This document shows, piece by piece, positions 1 through 13,600 of a stretch of DNA of 64,000 nucleotides. Both the position numbers and the translations under genes were made by a program. A model generated the notes under the pieces. That model did not search any database. It saw only the letters and a program-made list of their open reading frames with translations, and was not told the DNA's origin. The stretch is from Magallana gigas (Eukaryota). The stretch spans positions 56,358,001-56,422,000 of the forward strand of contig NC_088854.1 of NCBI RefSeq assembly GCF_963853765.1. Direction: 5' to 3'. Every line of letters starts with the position of its first letter. Position 1 is the stretch's first letter.

Positions 1-338
1 AATATTGCTGGACAGCTCCCATGAGCTGTTTTGTAAAACAAATAAAACAAAATATATGGAATAAAAAAAATACAACAATAAAAAAAAAAAGCTCCTTGAT
101 TTGTACAGGTTTGATCTCAGGAATATGATGTTATGACTTGTAATGACAGTTGAAGAATGTAATGAAAAATGTTACTTCATGTTACAACAGGGTAAAATGT
201 AAATGATTTATGAAGGTGCTACAATGTATTTTAATCATTTATTATAATAAGAGGTTTAATTTTGAGCTGTGTATGTATGTAATACTTTTTTGGTCCTACA
301 TATTATCTTTATCAATATCTTCCTTGTGTATGTTTCAG

Positions 339-463
339 GTTTGGTTCTGAAAAAAGTGGTTTCAAAACACCTTCCTTCTCCTCACAAGCAATTTCTGAAT
401 TCTCGAGCGGTCTATCCAGTGGAAGACTCCCAAAGAAAAAACATTAAAACTGTGAATGAATAA
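339..463 (+). CDS. Possible terminal coding exon of a gene that begins upstream of the window
   Basis: Acceptor-like tgtttcag at 331-338, then an open frame (LVLKKVVSKHLPSPHKQ...TVNE*) ending at TAA 461-463, with AATAAA-like signals downstream. No homology recognised. Confidence 0.3.
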
Positions 464-711
464 AAATATTACAAAAGAAAACAATGGTGTTTTTTTTTTT
501 AAAAATATACAAATGTAACAAAAGATTAATAAAAAATAAAATAAAAGAAAATGTCTGCATCACATTGAATTTAAATGAGTTTATAATTGCATCTACCTAT
601 GTGCTCTCAAATAAATATCCAAACTTTCACTAAGAGAAGTTCTCTTCAATGACGTGTTTGTTTCTTTTGATGTTAATAATCATCATTCCCAGAAAATTAA
701 ATAGCACACTT

Positions 712-1701
712 CTATAAATACACTTTTCTGTATTCTTCAATGGCCAACTGACAGACAGGACAACATTTTCTTTCTCTCATCACACTCGCCACACATTGAG
801 TACAAAACTGTAAATGTCCACATGGAAAAACTGCTGTATTTCTTGGCGAGTCAAAGCAGACCACACACATGGAGTCCTCAATGCTGTCACTTCTCCTCCT
901 CCGTCTCCTTCTAAAAATAGTTGAACTATTTCTAGATTGATTCTGACTACCATGTACTTCATCCAACTCTTCATCTGAACTACAGCTACTTCCATAAGAT
1001 TCTGTGTCGGAACTATCACGTCCTTCATTCCCTTTGATTTGAATATATTTGACAGCTTTCCTGGTTGTTTCTGGAAGTCGCACTATTAGGCGTTCTCCGT
1101 GGAACACTGCAGTACCAGTCGGTTCTCTGTTAAGTAAACCTTGGCCAGTTTGTCTGTGCTCTAATTCACGAACTGTATTTCTATCATTGTCCTCCGTCGC
1201 CATGTTAATTTCCGCCTCCTCAATGCTATTCTCTTCGTTTTCATTCTCCTGATTTTCATATTCCATTCTTCTATTAACTTCTCTGATCATATTTCTGTTG
1301 TTGTCATCAACTTCATTTGAAGTTACACTTGCAAAAAGCCTTTCAGTCCACAAACAGAAAATGCACAAACAAAACACCCAGCTAATTGCAGTAAGGAAAA
1401 CATTGCCTGTGCCAAATATTCCTTTCAAAACTTGCCGTCCAACCCAGATTAAAAATGATATAACTATAGTCACAATTTTCCAAACGTACGGAAAAATTGA
1501 GAATACCACAGAAACAAGTTGATTTAACAATTCAAAGAGAAAGCCAATAGTTATGTATAAAATATGTCCACATATCCTCAACAACGAAAAGACGAAGTCG
1601 ACAAAGAAATGTTCATACCCAGTAAATATTGTATATCCAAGAGTTGATGTCATAAAAAATGCCAAGGACACAGTTCCTACGAAAAACAGTAGGAATAGCA
1701 T
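712..1701 (-). CDS. Intronless membrane-anchored RING-HC E3 ligase, RNF26-like paralog (329 aa)
   Basis: Hydrophobic multi-TM N-terminus, acidic/Ser-rich linker, C-terminal C3HC4 RING (CVVCFDSPRNTAVFPCGHLQFCTQC...CPVC) ending in VYL*. The architecture matches the adjacent RNF26. Confidence 0.8.
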   Translation of the reverse strand: MLFLLFFVGTVSLAFFMTSTLGYTIFTGYEHFFVDFVFSLLRICGHILYITIGFLFELLNQLVSVVFSIFPYVWKIVTIVISFLIWVGRQVLKGIFGTGNVFLTAISWVFCLCIFCLWTERLFASVTSNEVDDNNRNMIREVNRRMEYENQENENEENSIEEAEINMATEDNDRNTVRELEHRQTGQGLLNREPTGTAVFHGERLIVRLPETTRKAVKYIQIKGNEGRDSSDTESYGSSCSSDEELDEVHGSQNQSRNSSTIFRRRRRRRSDSIEDSMCVVCFDSPRNTAVFPCGHLQFCTQCVASVMRERKCCPVCQLAIEEYRKVYL

Positions 1702-2059
1702 CCTGCTTCAATTAAAATGCAGTTCTACTTTCACTTTACCAACCGACCCAAGCACCTGCATTACTAAATCGCATGAAACGAAAAAGAAAGAGTCTTTCTT
1801 ATGTTGCATATGCTTATTTTCTATGATTTAAGAAAAACTCATTTTTTATAAAAACATTATTTTTATCTCAAAATACACGAGGTTTGCCGTTAAACGATGA
1901 CCCAATATACTTTGCTCCGTTCTTTCTTCGTTTCGTAAAAAATCAAGAATTAAGAATGTTTGAGGCAGAAGATAAACAACAAGTTGAACAACTTGAAGAC
2001 TTTGTTTGTTAAAACGTGCAGCATTAACAAATATTTAACTTTCGGACGTAGGCGTAAAT

Positions 2060-3346
2060 ATGGAAGATTTTGTTTATTCTACGTATTCAATTGTTTGCTA
2101 TGCATTGAAAAATGTACAACACTACACCTTAAAGCTCATCAAGATAAATTATGATGTGATATCTGCTGCGTTGTATATCCTGTCGGAAGTTACACGATTT
2201 ATCATAAATTTCATTTCTGTTACTTTCAATGTCGTCGTAAGCGTGCTTGAAGCGTTCACAGACTTTTTAGCAGAGTCTTTCAACTTTCTAAGAGCGTTTC
2301 TACAGTTACTATGGAAATTTGTAATGCTTCTATTGAGTATTCTTGACCTTGTGTTGAAAGGATTAGAACAGGTGATATATTTCATTTGGAGTGGAGGAAA
2401 ATGGACAGCAGGAGCCTTCTCAGCATCTTTGGAAAATATTCAAGTGCTATCTGTGTCGATTTATGAATATTTGCGTGTATTTTTCACCTTTCTGTTTGAG
2501 AATATTTCAAATGGGCTAGTCGTTTGTGGAACGTATTCACTGAAGTTTGTTGTTGGTGCTTTCAATTGGTTCACATGGTTACTTTTCGGTACAGCCTCAC
2601 TAGTCGATGGTGCTATGATATACTTTGCAGATTCTGTGAAGTTTCTTGTTGATTCTGTGTACTATGCATTGACAGATATTATTCCGAACACTCGATTAGA
2701 GACCTACATGGGTATATTGATGATTGTGTTGTTTTACGGGACCTTTGTTCATGTTGTGACTAGACTGTACAGTCGGGGTTACACATTCCCTTACCCTAGA
2801 ACTGTAAATCAATATAATGTTCCCTATCATGGATTTGGAAACGAGTTTTCAGATGATGAGTTTGGCATGAGTGCAGATGAAGAAAACTATGAAGGCAGCG
2901 ATACCGACTCTGACAATGCATCATTGGAGGAAGAGGAGCAAGATTTTTCAGACGATGATGAATTTTCTGATGAGGCATCAGAGTTGTCTGTTGATGATGA
3001 AAGTGACAGTGAAGAAGAAAACTCATCGAATGACAGTGATGAATCCTTGGAGCCAATAGATATTCAGCTTCCAGCTGAACCCCAGTACAATCTCAGGAGG
3101 TCCACCACCCCAAACAGGCAGAAGAAATCAGCAAAAGACATTGAAATGGAGATAGAAAGAGAGCGAGAAAAGCAGATGTGTGTTGTTTGTCAAGACAATA
3201 AAAAATCGGTGCTTATCCTGCCATGTAGACACATGTGCTTGTGTGTTGAGTGTGGGAACAGAATCGCCCGAGCAAGACCACTGACCAGGAGAATATGTCC
3301 TCTGTGCAGGCAGAAGATTCGGACAATTATGAATGTGTACCTGTGA
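2060..3346 (+). CDS. RNF26: Intronless E3 ubiquitin ligase RNF26 (428 aa)
   Basis: Long hydrophobic N-terminal half, acidic linker, C-terminal CVVCQDNKKSVLILPCRHMCLCVEC...CPLCRQKIRTIMNVYL, which closely resembles the RNF26 C-terminus as I recall it. Confidence 0.85.
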   Translation: MEDFVYSTYSIVCYALKNVQHYTLKLIKINYDVISAALYILSEVTRFIINFISVTFNVVVSVLEAFTDFLAESFNFLRAFLQLLWKFVMLLLSILDLVLKGLEQVIYFIWSGGKWTAGAFSASLENIQVLSVSIYEYLRVFFTFLFENISNGLVVCGTYSLKFVVGAFNWFTWLLFGTASLVDGAMIYFADSVKFLVDSVYYALTDIIPNTRLETYMGILMIVLFYGTFVHVVTRLYSRGYTFPYPRTVNQYNVPYHGFGNEFSDDEFGMSADEENYEGSDTDSDNASLEEEEQDFSDDDEFSDEASELSVDDESDSEEENSSNDSDESLEPIDIQLPAEPQYNLRRSTTPNRQKKSAKDIEMEIEREREKQMCVVCQDNKKSVLILPCRHMCLCVECGNRIARARPLTRRICPLCRQKIRTIMNVYL

Positions 3347-6300
3347 GATATGGAGTCTGTCATGTTGATTTGATTTGATGTACAGCATAGATTTGAATGT
3401 GATTACAGAAAGAGCTATTAATAGTACATATGAATGAGAGATGTGTTTGTGGTAATGCTGAATGATCATTATTTATCTTGTTGCGTAATTGTGAGGAACA
3501 CAATGGGGTTCTTTGAGTGATAGTTAATCATGTATATATATGTGGATATAATTATCATATACATCATAATAAGAGAAAGATCTTAATTAGATAAAGCATA
3601 TGATATTTATTTTTCTCTCTGCACTAAATTAATAATTCATTCATTGTTCTTTTTTTTTACCTCATATTTTCTAGCCAAGAATGTTTATTATGTAAAATTG
3701 TGAAGAAAATTAATTACTTTATTTTACTGAGAAAAAAGAAGTACATGTACAAGTAATCCTGTAGCAAAAGATATAGATATATTCATTTAAAATTGAAAAA
3801 GTAGTGTTTATATATAGAACTTGTATAACTCATTGTTAAGCTTTGATTATTTATGATGGAAATACTTGCAGTGAATGATATTTTATTGTGATGATGAAAG
3901 ATGTCAAGGTATCTGATTGTTACCAGTTGATATTATACAAAGCTAACACAAGAAAATTATACGATTCATGCAAGTTTTACTGTTCAAACACAAATAGTGG
4001 CATGAAAGTGTTTAATTAAGAATTTTTGGTTGCTTCAATTTCTTATGATTGAGAACAAGAAGTATGGACACATTGATTTATAGATGATTCAATAATGTAT
4101 ATTTCTTTGCTCATTACATGTAATATCAATCACCAGTTGTGTTCAGAATTTACAATTAAAACATTATACAAAAAATTAAATTTCTTTTATTTACATGTAG
4201 CTTATCTGAGCTTTTCTGATCAAAATTCATTTTTTGTGGTTTTCATCATGTTCATAGTATAGAATTACTGTACTATCTACATTTTACATTGTCTAGAAAT
4301 ACAAGACATATTTTAATCAAACTTGGCAGATAGCTCTTGAATAAAAGACTTTAGAATTTATATATGTTCATTAAGGGCTACACATCATTCCAAGGGGGAG
4401 ATAATTAGGTACTGGTAATAAAGAATATAGAGTAGAGTGAAGTTGATATGAAAGTAAGTTGGATTTAAGAGGAACAGGATTAATCTTTTGAAATTAATGC
4501 AGTAAAAGTGACAATGATTTGGATTAATGCTAGGGCATTTCGCTGTATGGGTCACAGTAAGATATTGTTTTTCAAGTGAGCTATGTTGTCCATCACCATA
4601 ATTTTAACTATAGAAAACCTATTTTATCAGGAAATGGTTATTTGATTTTGACAAGTGTTGAACACATATGTGTTAGGCCAATAACAAAAATGCTGCTGGT
4701 TCAAGTCTAGCTCAGGTCACCTGATGCTGTGTGTTGTTGGGCACTGTATCTGCATTTTTTAATTCCACCCAATGGGTGCTGGCTTATGCTAGCTGGGAGT
4801 TGACTGACGTGTGCCATCCAGAAGGAGTTATTGACCAACATACTCTTAGCCTTTACGAGAGTGGATATAAGTGCTGGCCATAAGATCATCTTGGCTTGGA
4901 GAAGGATTTAATTATGACAATAAGTATGAATCGCCAAATGAATATATTTCGATGATGCAAAAAAAATTCCCCAAAACAAATGGCTGGAACATAGAATCAT
5001 ATGGTATCAAAGTTTCTTGTTGTGAACCTATGTCCAAAATTTAATAAGAGCTACTCTAGATTTTAAAATTCGTGTGATGTGCTTCTCGCGATTTTATGCA
5101 GATATTTATTCATCGCATTTAATTAGAAATCTACAGTATTTGATATCTATGATCTTGATATTTTATGTAGTATGATTTATGATAAGATTTATATCTAATG
5201 ACATGTGATATTTTATGTAGTACATTTGCTCTGTAGATTTTGATTTAATTTTAAAATTTAAAAAATGATTTTTATTTTACAAACATCTTTGTTTGTAGAA
5301 ATGAAGTTGATATACATATACCAAAGACCAAAGAATTATTTTAAAAATGAAGCCTTATTAACCATTTAATGAACTACTGTAAATTAAATTCCTTCAGGAT
5401 TATCTCCTTACTGCTGCTCACCAATTATTTTACACTTTATTTGTGCCATCTATTAGTGCTTTTTGCCAATTATCTGAGCCGAGAAGTCATTAAACTAATG
5501 CAATGCTTCTATGGAGACCCATAATTAAGATGATTCTTTGTTCTGTAGTTTAGAAGCTAAAGTTAAAGGTTACACGGTTTTATGGTAAGTGTTGTCAGCT
5601 GTAGAATTTTTCATTAGAAAAGGAAAAAAAGAATCTGCAATCCTTTTCAACATTTATCAAAGATGCACTGAATGAAGCTTATCAGTCCAGATGAAATCCT
5701 GGGATCTGCACTAGATTCCCTCATGTTTATTGTATATTGACAGGTCAAATTTGCATGAATTTGTGCTTTTTCTGACATAACAGTTCACGGATGATTAGAA
5801 GTTCTTGGTTTCAGGGATTGCATGACCATGGCGAAATCAGACAGATGGACAACTATTGATCGTTTACAATGGAGCAAATGTGGCAGAAATTTCAAGTAAC
5901 TACCATAAAGTAATGGTAAGTTTTGATTAATGTGAATATGTAGAATGCAGTACCAGTATATGTATTACAGTGTAATAGGTTGTATTGATTTTAATGTTTC
6001 AATGATACATTAAGAATGAAGTTGGATCTTTTTAAAAAAACTATTTTCCCCATATACTGTTTTTTCGTTGCATCAATAAATCAATGATAAAGAACATCTG
6101 GTACATTGTATTATTAAATGTTATACATGTAGCCAAAACTTCATTTAACTAATTAACTTATTTTACTCAAATCTTCCTTTTTGCCAAAATTTGCAAAATT
6201 ATTAATTTTTTAAGTCCAGTTGAATAATTTTATTCACAGTTGGCATGACATTAGTTTACAGAATTTGATTAAAGATTTTACAAAAATATTAGCAAAATTT

Positions 6301-7639
6301 TGGCAACTTTTTTTCATTATATAATTGAAATACATGTAATACCTATTTCCAATATAACCTGAATATTTTGTATCAAAATTCAAACATTTCTCAGAAATTC
6401 TATTTTTTTTTTCTGGATGAAGTTTAAATTTTACCAATTCTTTTGATTCCAAATTTAAATTCCGTTAACTGCAATAAACCACTCCAACCACCTTTAAGCT
6501 TAAAGGGTACCTCTAGTCAAATAATTTAGTTAAAATACTCATCTGATCAGGTGACTTATTATTTATCTTTCTTGATCTGATGCATGTACAGTACATTGAT
6601 CTTTGATTCACACTTGCGACTGACCAGTATAAGGCCTACATGCTGTGACAGGTGTTTCATTGTTGTAGAACGGACTATTACATCTAATATTCAGTGGTTT
6701 GATATCGGTGTATATATGATCTACCACCGATCCTTTTCCTCCCTCCTATTACTGGCATGGTAGGAGACTTTGCAGAGACATGTGTCCTTGGAGGGATGAC
6801 TTTGGAGTGCTGTGTCCTTTATTAAATATATTGATGTATTGACGGACAGAGTTAGCACCAGGTTATATGACTTACGTAATGTTAGGATGCTGATATTGAT
6901 GGAAATTGACAGTCTGACATTGAAATTTTAAAACTGTATCAGCTGCTTGGTCAAATATTTAAATGTGATGTGGTAGATGAGAAAAACCTTTGATGGGAAT
7001 CTTGGAGTTTGAATATCCATGGATTTAATGACAGCCTAAAGAGCTGGATAGTAAGGAACTGAGCCGGTATCTTGGGATCAGGCCGGCTTATTAGAGAAGG
7101 ACATAGCTGCGCTACGATCAGACCTGACAGGAATCCACGTCTTGTGTTGTTGGTGGGTACACACCTTCTGATGTGAAATATGAATTGTATCAATAGGAAA
7201 AACGTGAATGGATTAGAGATTGCTTCATAGCTTTGTTTTTGAATGTCACTGTTTATTGATTGGTATAAAAGTGATGGAAATAATTTCTGTCTGCATGGTT
7301 TAAGAATTAAAGCAGCCGGAGATGTCTCCAGGAATAGAGTTGAATTATAGCCATAAGTTGATGGAGATTTCAACAACTATGAATTATTGATCTATTTCTG
7401 TTCAATACACAACCTGGCAAACACAGATCACAAACACCTTTCGGAGAAGCGATTTTTAGGAGTAATTCTCATTTTCCTTGATTTTATAGGTATTGAGCAG
7501 TGAGAATTTTAACAATCAAAAGGTGTACCGTAATGGACTTCTAGAGGAGAGGTAGGCATGCCTCTGTTGTGTCTAAGTGGACAGCTTTGCTAATTATTTT
7601 GGGGAAGCTGCTTTTCTGGGTGGCTGAGTTTAATGGACC

Positions 7640-10600
7640 ATGGGGAAGCAACAAAGCAAACTGGACGCTACGGACTTGAAGGAACTGCTGGACTGCACTT
7701 ACTGTGAGTAGCTCATTAAATGTCTCATACAAACACTGTATCAATAGGTTGCAGTATTTGTATTGACTTAAACAGTAATGGAAAAGAATTATTGGAACGT
7801 CCACAGAAATTGATCCTCCTGTAATTGCATGGAACTGAAGGATTTATATGCAATTTCCCGATTTATTGGGTTTTTTATTGTGTTTTTCGGGTCTGAATGG
7901 AATTAACTAGATAAATCTTAAATATTTACCGATCTAATTTCACCACATGATTTTCATTTTAACAGTCTTCTATGTTTTATTGAAATTGATTCAAATTTAA
8001 TTTTTGATTTTATTTGCTGAAAATTTTACAAAGAACAGCATCTTTTGCAGCTATAACATTAAAAGCAAGATTCAGAATTTTCAAGTTTAGTCTAAATTTT
8101 CATTTCTGTGTGAACTTTAAAATGATGTCACAATGATAACTGCACGCGTTATCATTTGACGCCAAAGTGACATAATTATTGTAAAAATAAATCTTGGTTG
8201 TGTTAATTTTAAATGACTTGCCTTTCTCAAACATAAATATAAGTAATAAACATCAATGTTAAAAGTTCACCAGAATATAAACTTGGTTGTTACGTGATCA
8301 AATTTTCTGAGAAGCTCTATGGGCTTCACAGGATTTGATCACATGACCAAACAAGTTCATATCATGGGGAACTTTTTAACATGCTGTTTATTTTTTTAAT
8401 AAATAATGGCAATATTTAAGTGAAATTAATATGCATTGAACTATGTCCTGGAAAAGGATTGTTTTCATATTAAGTAATGCTAGTTATAGAATTACACTTG
8501 GTTCAGAGTAAAAATTTATTGCTCAGGGAAGTGTTATGGAATGTTTGTGTAAAAATTGGGAACATAATTAAATTACATGTCTGTATTAAACTGTCCTGAA
8601 GATAAAATCATGTATATACGCTGTAACTGATGCAGTGTGGAAAGGGCTATTATGTGTATTTTTAAAAATGAAAACCAGAATTAAAACTTCTTAAAATAAT
8701 ATTGATTGTGACAGTGTTCTTCCCAAATTTTTCAGTTTCAACTTCATCTTGAACTTATTGGCAGTGAATTCCTCTGAGGGGCCTAGTTTTATCCTGTTAC
8801 ATGATATATGGGATGGGTTGGTGTTAATGAACTGACTAAAATGTCCAAAACTTGTTCAGGCTCTAGTCAAAAGTTTGTTTTGATCGAGTCATCATAATAT
8901 GTTGTAGAGAGCACGATCATCTCACTTTCATTTGAAAAGACGCCTACATTAGATGACTTTTACTGCGTATTACAACTATGTTTATACCGTATTTTCCGGG
9001 GCATACGCCGATGTGGGGCATAAGCCGAATTGCTCATTTTTAGACAAAATTCAGAAAAAATCCTTAGACTGGCCGATTTGGGGGATTGGCCGAATTTCAA
9101 TCGAAGATTACTATAGTGAAAGTATGACCGCTGATTAAGAAAGCCATTGCCGGTATAAACACTCTCAGGAATATCAATATAGAAAGTAAAAAGAGTAATT
9201 ATAATTATTTAATTAGCTTAAACGAATATATTTTTAGCAATTTTAAAAAATAGAACAATCTGGCTCAACCACGTCTGTGTTTTGTGGATGATTGATCTCT
9301 TCCGTATTTGTCGGTATAGTTCACATAATATAATTTTATTGCAACACCTACCCCTATGAACTTGTATAATATACTATGTATACTATGTTTCTAAACATTT
9401 TGTATTTCATTGATAACAGCTACATTTAATTTTCATTTGATCAAGTTATACTTTGAAAGCTATACGTAAAATACTGGGTATGGCGTCCATTATCATTCAA
9501 ATAGAGTTATCTCCCGTAATCGTTAATAATGAGAAATGGAAATACCCTGAAAAATATTTAAATTATTTTTTTTTCTTTAAATTACTTAAGAAGTGACTTG
9601 TCGTTTTGCAAGAAAGTTGTATTCCTAACAAACACAGTTAATGCAACAAAGTGTAACGGTTGGTCTGAGGCATACACTACGCTATCATTTATTGTGCCCG
9701 CAGGCTGTGTCTAAGACACGGGTTTCACACCTTTGTATACACACGACACCAGAATACCGTTATTTCAACTAACAGGAGATTAATTGTACCGAATAAAGTA
9801 TTTGATTTATTCTACACCCAAGACCACTGATTCCTACAAACGCTGCCATGAAAGAATCACAAAAATCAAGATGATGCAATTTATTACCATGAATCAACGA
9901 GCATAGTACTGAATGCACTGATTTCAGCTTCACCTTATTGCCGGTTGATTTGAATTTTGATATACGGTGTCCAATCTTTTGATGTCATTCTTAAATATCT
10001 ATTCTTAATTTCACTTTTTCACTTTAAACCCAAACTGCACACATTCATAATACCGGGGATTGCAATATTCGTTATATCACAGTCTTCCGTAATATTACTT
10101 TCTACACGGTTTCGTTTTCTTTTTTTAGTATGCGACAATAGTTTCCTCGTTTCATACACGAGCGATTTCGGATAAGTTCATATAATGAAACATGGATATG
10201 GAAAAAAAACATTCTTTTGATTTTGGATTGTAAAGAAAATATAGCGTATATTTTATTGAATCGCAATGAAAATATCGCGTATATTTTATTATTTATTATG
10301 TTACATATTAACGAAAATTATCAACGAGACAACTATCGAACAATAGTTTAAATGGATGAAAAAAAAACAACCTCTCATAATAAATGATGGATAAAAGCAG
10401 TGGATTTGGGATTTTACTGTCTGATTTTTTAACTTTGGGACTACGATAAGCCGATATGGGGGATAGGCCGAATCTCGCGCATCGGTGAAAAAAAATACCG
10501 GCGTATGCCCCGAAAAATACGGTAATTCAAATCCCAATGTTTGTGATGTCTGTATCTTTTGTAAACACAGGAATTGGGATTGGGCACTATAATGAAAATC

Positions 10601-13600
10601 TATGAGTACAGAATCTTGTTTGGGATAGTTGTGTAATGGAATTTGGGCTGATTTTTGTGACAGCTTGATTCCACTAGCTCCCTTGATTGAACGTATGCAG
10701 CAACGACATTGATTTCTTATAACAGAATTGAGATTTGACATCTCTTCATATTCAAACCTCATTACTCAATAAATAATGTGTATAAAAAGACAAAGAATTT
10801 TAAAAGGTTTAAATCTTTATTTTAAATCAATGAAATTTCACTAATTTATAATTTAATGAAAAGTTCTCTTTTTATGCTCCCCTTCGAAGAAGGGAGGGCA
10901 TATTGCTTTGCTGCTGTCTGTCGGTCGGTCTGTTGGTCCACCAACAGTTTCCGTTCATTTTCTTTGCAGAGGATGAACATATTGAAATGAAATTTGGTAT
11001 ACAGGTTTATCATGATAATATCTAGGTCAAGTTCGATATTGGGTGTGATCGAGCAATTTTCGACAGAGTTATGGCCCTTGGACGTAGAAAAATTCTAGTT
11101 TTTTGCAGTTTCCGCTCATTTTCTTCGCAGAGGATGAACATAATGAAATTTGGTATACAGGTTTATCATGATAATATCTAGGTCAAGTTCGATATTGGTT
11201 ATGATCGAACAATTTTCGACAGAGTTATGGCCCTTGGACTTAGAAAAAATTGAGTTATTTAAGTTTACGTTCATTTTCTTTGTGGATGTTTCCAAGGGAG
11301 GGGGGCATAAGTGTTTCACAAACATCTCTTGTTTTCACTTTCGAAGTGTTGTTTACGTTAAGTAATTTTCTACATTAAGTCATGGACCTTCAAGAATTAC
11401 TTTATAAACATTGTACCCCTCAAGAATAGCTTTAGATCATGCAGCCCATGGGCCACATCACTCACCCGAGCAACAATGTTCAAGTGATCCAAGTAGCTGA
11501 CCTACCCCTCACACACACACCCAACCACAATGACCTCTCCATGACCCCAGAGGTTAGACAGAATGATATGTGGTATCAATTTTATTAGTAATTGTTGAGA
11601 GGCAAAGTATAGCTAGCTTTTAAGCCTAAATCAGTTGAGAGTGAATTCTAACTATAACAGGGAGAAAGTAATTTTACATGTAAATTGTTCTGAGTTTGGG
11701 GTATGTCACTGAACCAAGGAACTAGACTAGTAGGAATTGTTGCAGCTCTATAGGAATGTCATTCTACTGGTCATGATCTATAGAGCTTAGAATCCTTAAA
11801 GGCCGAACATTTTACAAACGCCCCCTTTTTTACCTGTACAAACTTCAAAAAGATGCCGCTTGTCAATCAAGTTTGAAACAATAGCACCCAGTTTGATTGA
11901 CGTGATCGTCCGAGCTTGATCTTGCCAGGTCCGCGGATTTCTGTTTACTAGCAATTATCAACGTTATCTTTGATATCTTCCGTCATTTATTAAAAGGGGG
12001 ATTAAAAATTGAATTTTTAACATTACCAGTATTAACATTGTTTATGAAAAATAATTATTCAGCAATTGAAAATACGCAATTTATATTTCAATCATGTTGA
12101 ATGCATGTGATCTGATAAATTCTACGAAGATGCATGAGCAGCTCCAAAGCACATACACTCTTCTGAGCTACTAAAGCTGTATTTACTGGTAATACACTCA
12201 ACTGGAACTGGTTGCACGAAAACGTCACTCCATGGAAAACGAACTCCATTAATTGTCACCGTGTAATGGCTACCTTTACATTCCACATTCCAATTGATCG
12301 TATGGTTTTCTTATACAATTATATCTATTAAAATTACCTTCCTAAACAATGTCAAGGGCTAAACACAATGTACCGGCTTATATTTTTAAAGCAGAATTAA
12401 TTTGCTGAATTTTTTTCAATTGAACTTTACACACGTGTGCTTAGAGAAAATTCGGACGACGCAAAACATTTCTGTATAAATTCGATTCGTATGGTCATTA
12501 GAACAATAACATATTCAAACTATGACCAATTCTGACTAATTATTTATTTCCTGTGTATTAATTTGCTTCCTGTGTATAGTGATTAGCAGCGATCACGACC
12601 GCAGGTAGACTGCAAGCCCCGGAGGCTTTCACACCTCTAGAAATTAAGCCCCGCCCTCACCTGAGAATTACCACCCGGTAAAAATGTTCGGCCTTTAAGA
12701 TCTGATGATGTCAGAGCTAATTTTGTACACAGAAGTACATTTTGACCTAAATCTCTGATAATGCTAAAAAAAAGGCATGTCAAATGACATCAATCATAGA
12801 GCGACTGACGTCAAATCCTAGCGACTGGAAATTTTTGCCCATGCTTATATCTGGTATTATAAATCTCTGCAATGTGCTGGGTATTTCCATGGCTGACTTT
12901 ACAGTCAAGCCACTGAGTCAGAATTCTTCCTGATTGATCTAGTTACTGACACATTAATTCAATATACATGTACTGGAGTTTAAGTTACACAGTTTTCAAA
13001 GTTTGAGTTACAGATTATAACTCTGATAATGAGGACAGACCTCCGTATTGATTTTTTATAGCTTCCAATCTGTTAACATTACACACCTTATGAAATATTC
13101 ATTATTCATATCCCATCTCATATTAATTAGCTTCAGATTTATGGTGGCTATTTTGTTACATTTTGTCATTTTTATGAAATCAAAATGCTATGAAGAGTAA
13201 ATGTACGTTTTTTGTGCACATTTATTTACTCATTGACCGTATTTGCACAAAAAGTGTGCACTTTGCCTGTACGTCTTTCACTTGAATAGTACAAGAATAA
13301 TCAACTAACTTTATCAGTTATTTTAAAGTTTCCCAAACGAAGTTTAGAGTCATTGTTTTTGTACGAGTCTTCTTTTTTCTTCTTTCCCACTTCTGGACTT
13401 GTCATCGCATTTCCCAGAGATGTCTGAACTAATTCTACAAAACTCTAAGATATGATAGGCCTGCATATCTAGTTGTGAACTTTATTCTAAATTTTTTAAT
13501 TTGGGGTTGGTCAACCATATTTAGGGGGGGGGGGGGGGGGTGGGGTCAAATGGGGGTGGGATCTAACATTGAATCCTATGGGAAAATTATACACTATATT

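Noticed and set aside
780-3469. Short ORFs overlapping the two RNF26-like genes (for example 780-1028, 1049-1252, 2149-2385, 2796-3056, 2871-3059)
   Set aside because: They are antisense or alternate-frame shadows of real CDSs with no recognisable motifs.
5744-5915. AG/GT-bounded segment that could be a non-coding upstream exon of the NCS gene
   Set aside because: It has splice-like ends only and no reading-frame test is possible, so it cannot be supported without transcripts.
6491-6506. Perfect 16-bp palindrome CCTTTAAGCTTAAAGG resembling back-to-back TTAA element ends
   Set aside because: I found no convincing partner TIRs, and the best candidate near 5561 matches only 8 bp.
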